This document shows, piece by piece, positions 22,719 to 31,811 of a stretch of 59,088 nucleotides of DNA. The notes below the pieces were generated by a model. It saw only the letters and a program-made list of their open reading frames with translations, was not told where the DNA came from and ran no database searches. How positions within the stretch are numbered: position 1 is the stretch's first letter; every line of letters begins with the position of its first letter. The DNA lies in assembly GCA_046292385.1 (NCBI GenBank), contig JBKBRF010000043.1:1-59088 (forward strand), written 5' to 3'. Position numbers and translations under genes: made by a program. This stretch comes from Armatimonadota bacterium (GTDB lineage Bacteria; Armatimonadota; SYMT01).

Positions 22719-24005
22719 ATGTGGCGTGAGATACTGGGACTGGAGAAAAAGCCGACCACCCTGGCGGACCTGATTACGCCGCGGCGCAGCTTCTCGGACG
22801 TGATTCTGCCGAACGAGACCCGGCAGCAGCTCTACGAAGCGCTGACGCAGATCGAAAAGCACCGCCTGATCTTCTCGGACTGGGGGCTGGGCGAGCGCCA
22901 CCCCACCGGGCTCGGCCTCGCCTTCAACTTCGCCGGCCCGCCGGGAACGGGGAAGACGATCTGCGCGGAGGCGATCGCCTATGCCCTCGGCCGCAAGCTC
23001 CTCCGGGTGCGCTACTCGGAGCTGGAGAGCTGCTGGGCGGGCGAGACCGGTAAGAACATCCGCGCCATCTTCCGCGAGGCGAAGGTCCAGGAAGCGGTCC
23101 TCTTCTTCGACGAGGCGGACAGCATCGCCGCGCGCCGCTTCTCCAGCATCCAGGCCGGCTACGAGCGGGAAGCGAACCTGGCGGTCAACGTCATCCTCAA
23201 GGAGCTGGAGGAGCATGAAGGGGTGGTGATCTTCGCCACCAACATGGCGTCGAACTTCGATCCCGCTTTCGAGCGCCGCATCCGCACGCATATCCTCTTC
23301 CGAATTCCGGGAATGGCGGAGCGGGAGCGGATCTGGGAGGTCCAGTTCCACCCGCAGAAGACGCCCCTCGCGAGCGACGTCGACCTGCGCGAGCTGGCGG
23401 AGCGGTTCGAAGTGGCCGGCGGCGACATCCGGAACGCCGTGCTCAAGGCGGCGCAGATCGCCGCGGCGGAAGACAAGGCGGATGAGGAGAAGCGGATCGA
23501 GCAGCGCCACCTGCTCCAGGCGATGGACCAGGTGCTCGCCGCCAAGCGCGTGATGCAGCAGAACGCGGTCGACCCCTACCTTCAGGAGTCCAGTCCCTGG
23601 CAGGAAGCGCTCGAAGCCGCCGACACCCGCGTCGGCACGGTCGAGCAGGACCTCCACGCCTGCCGGGCGGAGCTGGAGCTGCTGAGCCGGGCGCAGTCGG
23701 AGCTGCAGGTCACCGTTTCCGAGCAGGCCACGGCGCTGGGGAACGGGATGGACGAGCTGCGGCGCGAGCTGGAGGCGGTGCGCGCGGAGGTGAGCCGCGC
23801 CGGCGAGGCGCAGACCGAGGCGCTGGAGCGCTGGCGGGGCGAAAGCGAGAGCGGGGTGCAGGCGCTGGCGCGTCAGCTCGAAGAGCGGCTGGGCCGGGTC
23901 ACGCTGATCCCGCTGCCGCGCGGCACCGCCGTCGGCCTGGGGATCCTGATGGCGCTGCTCCTCACCAGCCTCGGAGCGCTGGGAGGCCGCTTCCTCTGGC
24001 CCTGA
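22719..24005 (+). CDS. AAA+ ATPase with C-terminal coiled coil and tail membrane anchor
   Basis: GPPGTGKT, LFFDEAD, ATN...FDPAFERRI, GGDIRNA; C-terminal GLGILMALLLTSLGALGG; GGAGG RBS before ATG 22719. Confidence 0.88.
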   Translation: MWREILGLEKKPTTLADLITPRRSFSDVILPNETRQQLYEALTQIEKHRLIFSDWGLGERHPTGLGLAFNFAGPPGTGKTICAEAIAYALGRKLLRVRYSELESCWAGETGKNIRAIFREAKVQEAVLFFDEADSIAARRFSSIQAGYEREANLAVNVILKELEEHEGVVIFATNMASNFDPAFERRIRTHILFRIPGMAERERIWEVQFHPQKTPLASDVDLRELAERFEVAGGDIRNAVLKAAQIAAAEDKADEEKRIEQRHLLQAMDQVLAAKRVMQQNAVDPYLQESSPWQEALEAADTRVGTVEQDLHACRAELELLSRAQSELQVTVSEQATALGNGMDELRRELEAVRAEVSRAGEAQTEALERWRGESESGVQALARQLEERLGRVTLIPLPRGTAVGLGILMALLLTSLGALGGRFLWP

Positions 24006-24020
24006 TGACCGGAGCCGGAC

Positions 24021-24287
24021 CTACTCGGCGCCGGCGGGGCTGGCGGAGGCTTCCGGCTGCAGCGAGCGCTGGATGTGGCAGGCCGCTGCTCGCAGGAGGT
24101 TGAGCACCTCGTCGGTGCTCTCCGGGTTTCCGCGTCGCAGGCGCCGCCCGGAGGTGCCGAGGCAGCGCATGGCTTCCTTCAGCGCGTCGTGGCTCGCGGC
24201 GGTAGCCGCGGAATTCGACGGGTCGCCCGCTTCGCGTGAAGGACGCGGGCTTGCTGCGGGTTCGGGTGCGACTAGCTGCTCAGCCAT
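24021..24287 (-). CDS. Small hypothetical protein
   Basis: 88-aa ORF filling an intergenic gap; plausible composition; no recognised motif. Confidence 0.45.
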   Translation of the reverse strand: MAEQLVAPEPAASPRPSREAGDPSNSAATAASHDALKEAMRCLGTSGRRLRRGNPESTDEVLNLLRAAACHIQRSLQPEASASPAGAE

Positions 24288-24627
24288 CTTGGTTTGCTTC
24301 TTGCTCGCGCAATCACGGGTGGGCCATGCAGGCCGACAACCACTGTTGTATCACCAGAGCCGAAAGCTTGCAATCCCGGCTGCGGCTCTATTCCGGTGAA
24401 TTTGTCGGTCCCAACCCCGCGGAATTCAAGCGACCCAGGGGGATCGTCGTCCATTCTCCCCAGCCGCTTGCCGTTTTAGCCCTCATCCGCCGGATGAACG
24501 GCCACCGCCGGAACCATCTATCGGAGACGCGCCGGAGAGCCGGAAGTCGCCAGCGAGCAGGAGCAGGAGTAGGAGCAGAACCTCCCGTTCACGGAGGGTT
24601 CGGGATTCATCCCTCATCCCCCATCGT

Positions 24628-25929
24628 TCAGGCCCCGTACGCCTCGTCCAGCACCTCGACGGTGTGCTTGACCGGGATCTTGCTGCCGCGGGCGCGGAGG
24701 CCGGCCTCGATCCAGGAGTGGCAGCCGGGGTTCCCCATCACTACCAGCTCCGGCTCGACCGAGAGGATGTTACTCACCTTCTTCTCCTGGAGCTGGGCGG
24801 CGAGCTCCGGCTGGAGGAAGTTGTAGATCCCGGCGCTGCCGCAGCACCAGTCGGAGTTCGGGATCGGCACCAGCTCCAGTCCGGGCACGGCGCTGAGAAG
24901 CTGGCGCGGCTGGGAGCGGATCTTCTGCGCGTGGGCCAGGTGGCAGGCGTCGTGGTAGGCAACCCGCTTCCGCAGCTCGCCCTTCGGCGGCACCAGCCCC
25001 AGCTCGGCCAGGTACTCGCTGATGTCCCGGGTCTTCGCCGCCAGCGCGCGGGCGCGCGGCTCCCACTCCGGGTCGCCGTGGAACAGCTCCACGTATTCCT
25101 TGATCCCGGAGCCGCAGCCGGCGCTGTTGGTCACCAGGGCGTCGAACTGCTCCCGCTCGTACGCCTCGATCAGCGCGCGGGCGCGCATGCGGGCGTCGTC
25201 GACGAACCCGTTGTGGAGGTGGAACGCGCCGCAGCAGCCGTCGCCGGGGCCGGCGGCGACGTGCCGTGGGACGATCACCTCCACCCCGTTCTCGGAGAGC
25301 ACCCGCAGCGTGGCGTGGTTGATCCGCTGGAAGAGCACCTGCATCACGCAGCCGGCGAGGAACGCCACCCGGCCGCGGCGCTCCCCCTTCGCCGGCGTCA
25401 GCTCCAGCAGCGGCTTAACGGTGAGCCCGCCCTCGCGGGGAATCGGGACGTTCGGCGCCTTGGGGCCGAAGAGGAACCGGTTGACCATCGCCACCGGCCC
25501 GCCTTCCCCGAAGATCCCGCCCATCACCCGCGCGCCGAACATCGCGGGGGCGAGCCGCGCCGGGTGGGTAAGCAGCTCCAGCAGCACCTTGCGGGCGCGG
25601 CGGTCCTTGGCCGCGCGCGGGAACTTGCGCTCGATCTCGTCGCGGACCGGCGTCAGCAGCTCTGCGTACGGCACGCCGGAGGGGCAGGCGGTCTCGCACG
25701 CGCGGCAGCCGAGGCAGGTGTCGAGGTGGCCGACCACTGTCTCGTTCAGCTCCGCCCGGCCCTCCGCCAGCGCGCGCATCAGGTAGATGCGGCCGCGGGG
25801 GGAGTCCGCCTCCGTGCCGAGCACGTCGTAGGTGGGGCACGCGGAGAGGCAGATGCCGCAGTGGACGCAGTCCAGCAGCTTCTCCGCATCCAGGCCCGGG
25901 ATGACCGGCAGCTCTTCCTTGGTCTTCAT
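24628..25929 (-). CDS. glcF: Glycolate oxidase iron-sulfur subunit
   Basis: CVHCGICLSACP, SPRGRI, CLGCRACETACPSGV, CCGA, YHDACHL, CCGSAGIYN. Confidence 0.92.
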   Translation of the reverse strand: MKTKEELPVIPGLDAEKLLDCVHCGICLSACPTYDVLGTEADSPRGRIYLMRALAEGRAELNETVVGHLDTCLGCRACETACPSGVPYAELLTPVRDEIERKFPRAAKDRRARKVLLELLTHPARLAPAMFGARVMGGIFGEGGPVAMVNRFLFGPKAPNVPIPREGGLTVKPLLELTPAKGERRGRVAFLAGCVMQVLFQRINHATLRVLSENGVEVIVPRHVAAGPGDGCCGAFHLHNGFVDDARMRARALIEAYEREQFDALVTNSAGCGSGIKEYVELFHGDPEWEPRARALAAKTRDISEYLAELGLVPPKGELRKRVAYHDACHLAHAQKIRSQPRQLLSAVPGLELVPIPNSDWCCGSAGIYNFLQPELAAQLQEKKVSNILSVEPELVVMGNPGCHSWIEAGLRARGSKIPVKHTVEVLDEAYGA

Positions 25930-25938
25930 AAGGCTTAA

Positions 25939-27198
25939 CTAGATTCCGCCGTAAAACCGGCCCGGGCTAAACGTGTTCGTCGGGTCGAGCGCCGCTTTGA
26001 CCCCCCGCATGATCGCGGCATCCGGACCCGGCTCCCCCCACGGATCGATCTCGCGGGCGTCCGCAGGGAGCCGTTCAAAAAGGCACCGCGCCTCCGCCCG
26101 CTGCGCCAGCTCGCGGAGCGCGACGGCGGCCTCGGAAGTCGCATCGCCCGAGACGACCAGCACCTGCCCCGTTGCCGCGTGACCCCCCACCTCGGCGGTC
26201 CAGCCCTGCTCCCGGGAGAGCGAGACCGCCGCAGCGGCGAGACTCGCCACCCTGGAGCTGAGGGTGCTGATCCGCGCCCTCAGCCACCCCCGGGAGGGCA
26301 GATCGCGGAGGTGCGCCAGCACTGCCTCGCCGGCGGACTCCTCGAGCCGCTCGACCTCTCCGGCTTGCGCCAGCCGCTCCAGGTGCCCGAGCTGCCACTC
26401 CACCGCTTCCGGGCTGCTCATGAACTGGAGGAGCAGCGCCCACTCTTTGCCGTCGCGGCTGCCTTCCGGCTGGTAGAGCTCCATGGCCGACGGCTGCAGG
26501 TCGGAGTCCATCACCGCCGCGGCGACGGTCTCCGCGCCCGCGGCGGTAAGGCCAACTACTCGCGCGAACCCGGTGGCCGGCGGGCGAGGCAGGACCTTGA
26601 ACGTGACCTCCACCAGCACGCCGAGCGTCCCGAAGGAGCCGGTGTAGAGCTTCGGGAGGTCGTAGCCGGCGACGTTCTTCACCACCTGCCCGCCGCCCCG
26701 CACCAGCCGGCCCTCGGAATCGACCACCCGGCAGCCGATCACCCAGTCGCGCGGGGTGCCGTACCCGGCGCGCCATGGCCCGCTCGCCGCGGAAGCGACG
26801 ATCCCGCCAACGGTCGCCTCGCCCGGGAGCGCCGGGTTCAGCGGCAGGAACTGGCTCCGCTCCGCCAGCACCTCCTGGAGGTCCTTCAGCGTGACCCCCG
26901 CCTCGACGGCTACGGTCATGTCGTCCGGCTGGTAATCGACCACCCGGTGCAGCTTCCGGGTGCAAAGGACCAGGTCGAGACGGCTCGGGGCACGCCCCTG
27001 CTCGATCCGGGTACCGCCGCCGAACGGCACAATGCTCTGGCCGCTCTCGCGGGCATGGCTCACCACCGCGGCCACCTGGTCGCGGTCGCGCGGAAGCACC
27101 ACAACCGGGGGCACGGCGCCGTTTACCGCGAAAGAGGCGGTCTCCGCGCCGGTGAGGAGCCCCTCGGCGCCCACGATCGCTGCCAGAGCGTCACTCAC
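25939..27198 (-). CDS. glcE: Glycolate oxidase FAD-binding subunit
   Basis: GGGT, DMTVAVEAG, GGQVVKNVAGYDLPKLYTGSFGTLG, KAALDP...PGR; GTG start overlaps the glyQS stop. Confidence 0.88.
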   Translation of the reverse strand: MSDALAAIVGAEGLLTGAETASFAVNGAVPPVVVLPRDRDQVAAVVSHARESGQSIVPFGGGTRIEQGRAPSRLDLVLCTRKLHRVVDYQPDDMTVAVEAGVTLKDLQEVLAERSQFLPLNPALPGEATVGGIVASAASGPWRAGYGTPRDWVIGCRVVDSEGRLVRGGGQVVKNVAGYDLPKLYTGSFGTLGVLVEVTFKVLPRPPATGFARVVGLTAAGAETVAAAVMDSDLQPSAMELYQPEGSRDGKEWALLLQFMSSPEAVEWQLGHLERLAQAGEVERLEESAGEAVLAHLRDLPSRGWLRARISTLSSRVASLAAAAVSLSREQGWTAEVGGHAATGQVLVVSGDATSEAAVALRELAQRAEARCLFERLPADAREIDPWGEPGPDAAIMRGVKAALDPTNTFSPGRFYGGI

Positions 27199-28580
27199 TA
27201 GCGGATCCTCTCCTGCACGTAGGAGAGCACGTCCGCCACCGGAATGCGCTCCTGCTGCATCGTGTCGCGGTCCCGCACCGTCACCGTCTGGTCCTGCAGC
27301 GACTGGAAGTCGACCGTCACGCAGAACGGCGTGCCGATCTCGTCCTGGCGGCGGTAGAGCTTGCCGATGCCGGCCGAGTCGTCGTAGACCGCCCGGAGCG
27401 CGCCGCTCGACTGCACCATGTTCTTGATCTGCTTGGCGAGGGCCACGATCTCCGGCGCGTTCTTCTTCAGCGGCAGCACGGCGACCTTGATCGGCGCCAG
27501 CGCCGGCTTGAGCCGCAGCACCACGCGGGTCTCCCCGTTCGGCAGCGTCTCCTCGTCGTAGGCAGCGCTGAGCACCGCGAGGACGCCGCGGTCCACGCCG
27601 GCGGACGGCTCGATCACGAACGGCACCACGTGCTTGTTGTTCGGCTGGTCGAAGAAGTTGAGCTTCTCCGTGGAGTGCTCGTTCTTGACCACCTCCGCGG
27701 TGAGACCGAGCCCCTCCTGCGGGCGGGAGTGAGAGCCGAGGTCGTAATCGGTGCGGTTGGCGATGCCTTCCAGCTCCTCCCAGCCGATCGGGTAGTGGAA
27801 CATCAGGTCGACGGTCCGCTTGGAGTAGTGCGCCAGCTCCTCCTTCGGTACCTCGTAGAGCCGCAGGCTCTCCCGCGGCAGGCCGACCTCGTTCACCCAC
27901 CAGTCGACCCGGTCGTCGATCCAGCGCTGGTGTACCTCTTCGTCCTCGCCGGGGCGAACGAAGTACTCGATCTCCATCTGCTCGAACTCTCGGACGCGGA
28001 AGAGGAAGTTCCGGGGCGTGATCTCGTTGCGGAACGACTTCCCCATCTGCGCGATGCCGAACGGCAGCTTCCGGTTGGTCGAGTCGACCACGTTGCGGAA
28101 GTTCACGAAGATGCCCTGCGCCGTCTCCGGCCGCAGGTAGGCATACGACTCCGGGTCCGGCACCGGGCCGACCTGCGTCTTGAACATCATGTTGAAGGCG
28201 CGCGGCTCGGTCAGCTCGCCCTCGCACTCGCCCGGCTTCAGCTTCGGATGCTTCAGGCAGTGCTCGTCGCAGAGCCTATCCGCGCGGAACCGGCCCTTGC
28301 AGAGCTTGCAGTCGACCATCTGGTCCGCGAAGGTCGCCTCGTGCCCGGAGTAGCGCCAGACGAGCTTGTTCATCAGGAGGGCGGTATCGAGCCCCTCCAT
28401 GTCGTCGCGCTCCCAGACGTTCCGGCGCCACCAGAGCCGCTTCAGGTTCTCCTTCAGCTCCACGCCGAGGGGGCCGTAGTCGAAGGTGCCCTGGAGGCCG
28501 CCGTAGATCTCGCTGCCGGGGAAGATAAAGCCGCGCCGCTTGCAGAGCGACACGAGCTGGTCCATCGATTGTGCAGGCAT
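27198..28580 (-). CDS. glyQS: Glycine--tRNA ligase, alpha2 type
   Basis: [67 protein letters not shown]. Confidence 0.96.
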   Translation of the reverse strand: MPAQSMDQLVSLCKRRGFIFPGSEIYGGLQGTFDYGPLGVELKENLKRLWWRRNVWERDDMEGLDTALLMNKLVWRYSGHEATFADQMVDCKLCKGRFRADRLCDEHCLKHPKLKPGECEGELTEPRAFNMMFKTQVGPVPDPESYAYLRPETAQGIFVNFRNVVDSTNRKLPFGIAQMGKSFRNEITPRNFLFRVREFEQMEIEYFVRPGEDEEVHQRWIDDRVDWWVNEVGLPRESLRLYEVPKEELAHYSKRTVDLMFHYPIGWEELEGIANRTDYDLGSHSRPQEGLGLTAEVVKNEHSTEKLNFFDQPNNKHVVPFVIEPSAGVDRGVLAVLSAAYDEETLPNGETRVVLRLKPALAPIKVAVLPLKKNAPEIVALAKQIKNMVQSSGALRAVYDDSAGIGKLYRRQDEIGTPFCVTVDFQSLQDQTVTVRDRDTMQQERIPVADVLSYVQERIR

Positions 28581-28720
28581 ATCGTCAGGTATTTCCGATC
28601 CTGGTGACCCGGTTCGCACGGGTCACACTAACTCTTGCGTTGCAGCGCCAAAACGTTCACCCGCGTTCAGGCCGGCAGTGCCCTGGCAAACTACCACGGC
28701 AGCATGCGGTCCCCACCCCT

Positions 28721-28879
28721 GTCATCCTGAACGCAGTGAAGGATTTACGTAATCTTTTCTCCCGCTAGAACGACAGACGTGCCGTTCGGGAGATCTACGC
28801 CAGCCCGCGTCCTCGTCAACCGAATGCGCATCCGAAACCAGCACGGCTGCCGAGATTCTTCAACTTCCTTCAAAATGAC
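28721..28879 (+). repeat. 159-bp palindrome-ended element, copy 1
   Basis: GTCATCCTGAACGCAGTGAAGGATTTACGT ... GCTGCCGAGATTCTTCAACTTCCTTCAAAATGAC. Confidence 0.8.
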
Positions 28880-28925
28880 CTGTTCGCTGAAACTGCCCTT
28901 GTACCGCAGCGAACTTCCGCGGCGT

Positions 28926-29237
28926 TCAACCGCAGTCAATTACAGTCTCGATCTCCGGTGAGTACAGATCGCGCCAGTTCGGATTCATGCTCTCGATCAG
29001 CGCGACCTTCCGAACCCGCGTCCATCCCTTGATCCGCTTCTCCGCCTCGATGGCCGTCGAGGGACTGTCAAAGTGTTCGAACCAAACCAAGCGATGGATC
29101 TGATAGCGGCGGGTAAACTCCGAACCCTCTCCGGATCGGTGCTCGAGTACCCGGCGTTCCAGGTCGTTCGTGATCCCAACGTAAAGCTTCCGCGTTCGGC
29201 TAGCAAGTATGTACGTCGTGTACTGTCGTATTGCCAT
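28926..29237 (-). CDS. Small GIY-YIG nuclease (YhbQ/UPF0213-like)
   Basis: YTTYILAS, LYVGITNDLERRVLEH, FTRRY...LVWFE, AIEAEKRIKGW.R..K..LI...NP.W.DL. Confidence 0.92.
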   Translation of the reverse strand: MAIRQYTTYILASRTRKLYVGITNDLERRVLEHRSGEGSEFTRRYQIHRLVWFEHFDSPSTAIEAEKRIKGWTRVRKVALIESMNPNWRDLYSPEIETVIDCG

Positions 29238-29295
29238 TCGACGAACCTGCAGTCGCGCGAGTACGAAACACGGCAGCATCCGCTCTCCCACCCCC

Positions 29296-29454
29296 GTCAT
29301 CCTGACCGGAGGGAAGGATCTACGTCACTCAACTCTGCGGGGACAAGATGAGCCCGCACGTTCGGGAGCGCCTCGCCCGGCCGATACCTCGTCACCCCTC
29401 TGCGTACTCCGTACCAACACAGCTGCCGAGATTCTTCACTGCGTTCAGAATGAC
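29296..29454 (+). repeat. 159-bp palindrome-ended element, copy 2
   Basis: GTCATCCTGACCGGAGGGAAGGATCTACGTCAC ... GCTGCCGAGATTCTTCACTGCGTTCAGAATGAC. Confidence 0.8.
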
Positions 29455-29640
29455 AAATTCGCGGGGCGGCGCCTTAATCGGAGTGGCGGACGGCCATCGA
29501 TGGGGCGGCCATCCCGTTTCTTCGGAAGTAGCCGGCCTTCCGCCGTGCTTGGGGCTCAGAATGACTGCTTTCGATCGCCGTTTCAGGGCGATGGTTGCCG
29601 GTGCCTCTCCCAATCCGCGCCACTCTCTTCAGAATTCGGA

Positions 29641-31104
29641 TCACAGCGCCACGGAGCGGCGCTTCTTCATCGTCACTTCCATGCAGCCGTGGCCGGAGGG
29701 GAACATCTTGCTCGGGTTGCAGAGGCCCTTCGGGTCGAAGACCCCCTTCAGGCGCAGCATCACGTCGAGGTCCACCTCGCTGAACTGGCAGGTGACGTAG
29801 CCGCTCTTCTCGATGCCGATGCCGTGCTCCCCGGTGATGCTGCCGCCGTAGGCGACGCACATCCGCATGATCTCCTCGCTCGCCTCCACCACCGCGCGCA
29901 TCTGCGCCGGGTCCCGCTCGTCGAACAGGATCAGCGGGTGGAGGTTGCCGTCGCCGGCGTGGAAGACGTTCGCCACCTTCAGGCCGTGCCGGTCGATGAT
30001 CTCCCCGATCTCCCGGAGCACCTGCGGCAGCTTCGTGCGTGGGATCACGCCGTCCTGCGTCACGTTGCTCGGCGCAAGGCGGCCGGCCGCCCCGAAGGCG
30101 CGCTTGCGGGCCTTCCAGAGCGAGTCCCGCTCCGCGGCGTCCCGCGCCAGCCGCACCTCGCGGGCGCGGTGAGTGCGGCAGATCTCGCGGACCGCTTCCG
30201 CCTGGGCGTCGATCCCGGCCTCCAGGCCGTCGAGCTCGATGATGAGGCAGGCGCCCGCGTCGAGCGGGAAGCCGAACTGGAAGGCGGCTTCGACCGCCTG
30301 GATGATGACGGCGTCCATCATTTCCAGCGCGGCCGGCACGATCCCGGCGGCGATGATGCCGGAGACGGTGTTGGTGGCGTCTTCCACCGTCTCGAAGACG
30401 GCGAGCATCGTCCGCACCGTCTGCGGCAGCCGCACCAGCCGCGCGGTCACCTCCGTCACGATGCCGAAGGTGCCTTCGGAGCCGACCACGATCCCGGCCA
30501 GGTCGTAACCCGGGTGGTCCTCCTCCGCGCCGCCGATCTCTACCACCTCGCCGCTCGGGAGCACCAGCGTCACGCCGAGGACGTGGTTCACGGTGACGCC
30601 GTACTTCAGCGTGTGGGGCCCGCCGGAGTTGTTGGCCACGTTCCCGCCGATGGTGCAGGCCATCTGGCTGCTCGGGTCCGGCGCGTACTGGTAGCCGTCT
30701 CCCGCCACGGCGCGGCTCAGCGTCAGGTTCACCACCCCGGCCTGCGCCCGGATGCGCCGGTTGCGGAGGTCGACGTCGAGGATCTGCTTCATCCGGGTGA
30801 GCGCGACGATCACGCCGCCGTGGATCGGCAGCGCCCCGCCCGCCAGGCCGGTGCCGGCGCCGCGGCCCAGGAACGGCACGCCGCGCTCGCTGCAGAGACG
30901 CACCACCCGCGCCACCTGCTGCGTGCTCGTCGGCAGCACCACGATATCCGGGTGCTGCTTCTGGATCACGAAGGCGTCGCACTCGTAGAGCAGCGTCTCG
31001 GACCTGTCGGTCAGGACTCCGTCCTCACCGCAGATCCGGACCAGCTCCTCGATGAACTCGCGGTCGATCTTCCGCTCTACCGGCGGCGCTGCCACTGCGC
31101 TCAC
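29641..31104 (-). CDS. glcD: Glycolate oxidase FAD-linked subunit
   Basis: RGAGTGLAGGA, YAPDPSSQ..CTIGGN, KYGVT, GSEGTFG, FHAGDGNLHP, GEHGIG.EK; GTG start with GGAGAGG RBS. Confidence 0.92.
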   Translation of the reverse strand: MSAVAAPPVERKIDREFIEELVRICGEDGVLTDRSETLLYECDAFVIQKQHPDIVVLPTSTQQVARVVRLCSERGVPFLGRGAGTGLAGGALPIHGGVIVALTRMKQILDVDLRNRRIRAQAGVVNLTLSRAVAGDGYQYAPDPSSQMACTIGGNVANNSGGPHTLKYGVTVNHVLGVTLVLPSGEVVEIGGAEEDHPGYDLAGIVVGSEGTFGIVTEVTARLVRLPQTVRTMLAVFETVEDATNTVSGIIAAGIVPAALEMMDAVIIQAVEAAFQFGFPLDAGACLIIELDGLEAGIDAQAEAVREICRTHRAREVRLARDAAERDSLWKARKRAFGAAGRLAPSNVTQDGVIPRTKLPQVLREIGEIIDRHGLKVANVFHAGDGNLHPLILFDERDPAQMRAVVEASEEIMRMCVAYGGSITGEHGIGIEKSGYVTCQFSEVDLDVMLRLKGVFDPKGLCNPSKMFPSGHGCMEVTMKKRRSVAL

Positions 31105-31145
31105 GGCGCCTCTCCTTGACCCGGTTAGCCGGGCGAAAACCGTCG

Positions 31146-31670
31146 CTATTCGGCGCGCGCTTCGCGAGCGCCGGGGGACCGGAACAGGTGCATCCAGCCG
31201 GTGAGCGCGATCACGCCGAACAGGAGCACCATCTGCGCCTGGAAGGCGGTCGAGTAGGTGCGGTGGAACGCATCGAACGTGGCGGTATCCCCGGCGGCCC
31301 GCGCCGTGACCAGCTGCGGGTAGTAGACGAACGTGAGCCACGCCGCGATGCCGAGCGCCGCCAGCGTGAGCGCCGCGCGCACCAGAACCCGCTTCCGGCA
31401 GAGCCGGGCGAGCAGCCCGTATCCGATCCCGGCCAGCAGCGCCGCCCCGCCCGCCGCCATCACGACGTAGTTGAAGCGGCGGAACGCCTCCCCCATCGCC
31501 ACCCCGGCGAAGTCCCAGAGCGGATCGCCGGTGGCGGTGTCGCCCGCCGCCCGCGCCATCCCGAAGACCGACGGTGCTGCCACGGCGCCCAGCACCACGG
31601 CGCCGCCCAGCCACACCGCGAGTCCGACCTGGTGCAGCCAGTGCAGTACCACAATGCCGAGTGCGCGCAT
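31146..31670 (-). CDS. DUF4149-like membrane protein
   Basis: Four TM helices; VWLGG, APSVF, FDAFH motifs. Confidence 0.75.
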   Translation of the reverse strand: MRALGIVVLHWLHQVGLAVWLGGAVVLGAVAAPSVFGMARAAGDTATGDPLWDFAGVAMGEAFRRFNYVVMAAGGAALLAGIGYGLLARLCRKRVLVRAALTLAALGIAAWLTFVYYPQLVTARAAGDTATFDAFHRTYSTAFQAQMVLLFGVIALTGWMHLFRSPGAREARAE

Positions 31671-31811
31671 GACTCACTATTCTACCTGCGCCAGGGCGCA
31701 ACCTGTCAGGTCCGTTCGGCGACCGGTCGCCTGCTGTATATAGGATAGGGTGGCGCACTCTGCGGGGCGCCGCACCCTGTATCCCTCGCTCTCGCGCCTC
31801 CAGGTATCCAC

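Noticed and set aside
25939..28227. 762-aa ORF suggesting a fusion upstream of glcE, and the 705-aa extension of glcD
   Set aside because: The extensions are alternative frames over glyQS and the DUF4149 gene; real starts are the GTGs at 27198 and 31104.
28580..28720. T-box riboswitch upstream of glyQS (also checked serS and the ArgRS-like gene)
   Set aside because: No GGTGGNACCGCG T-box motif or antiterminator recognised.
28721..29454. Repeats around the GIY-YIG gene as a CRISPR array
   Set aside because: Alternating inverted ends, 100+ bp interiors and no cas genes.
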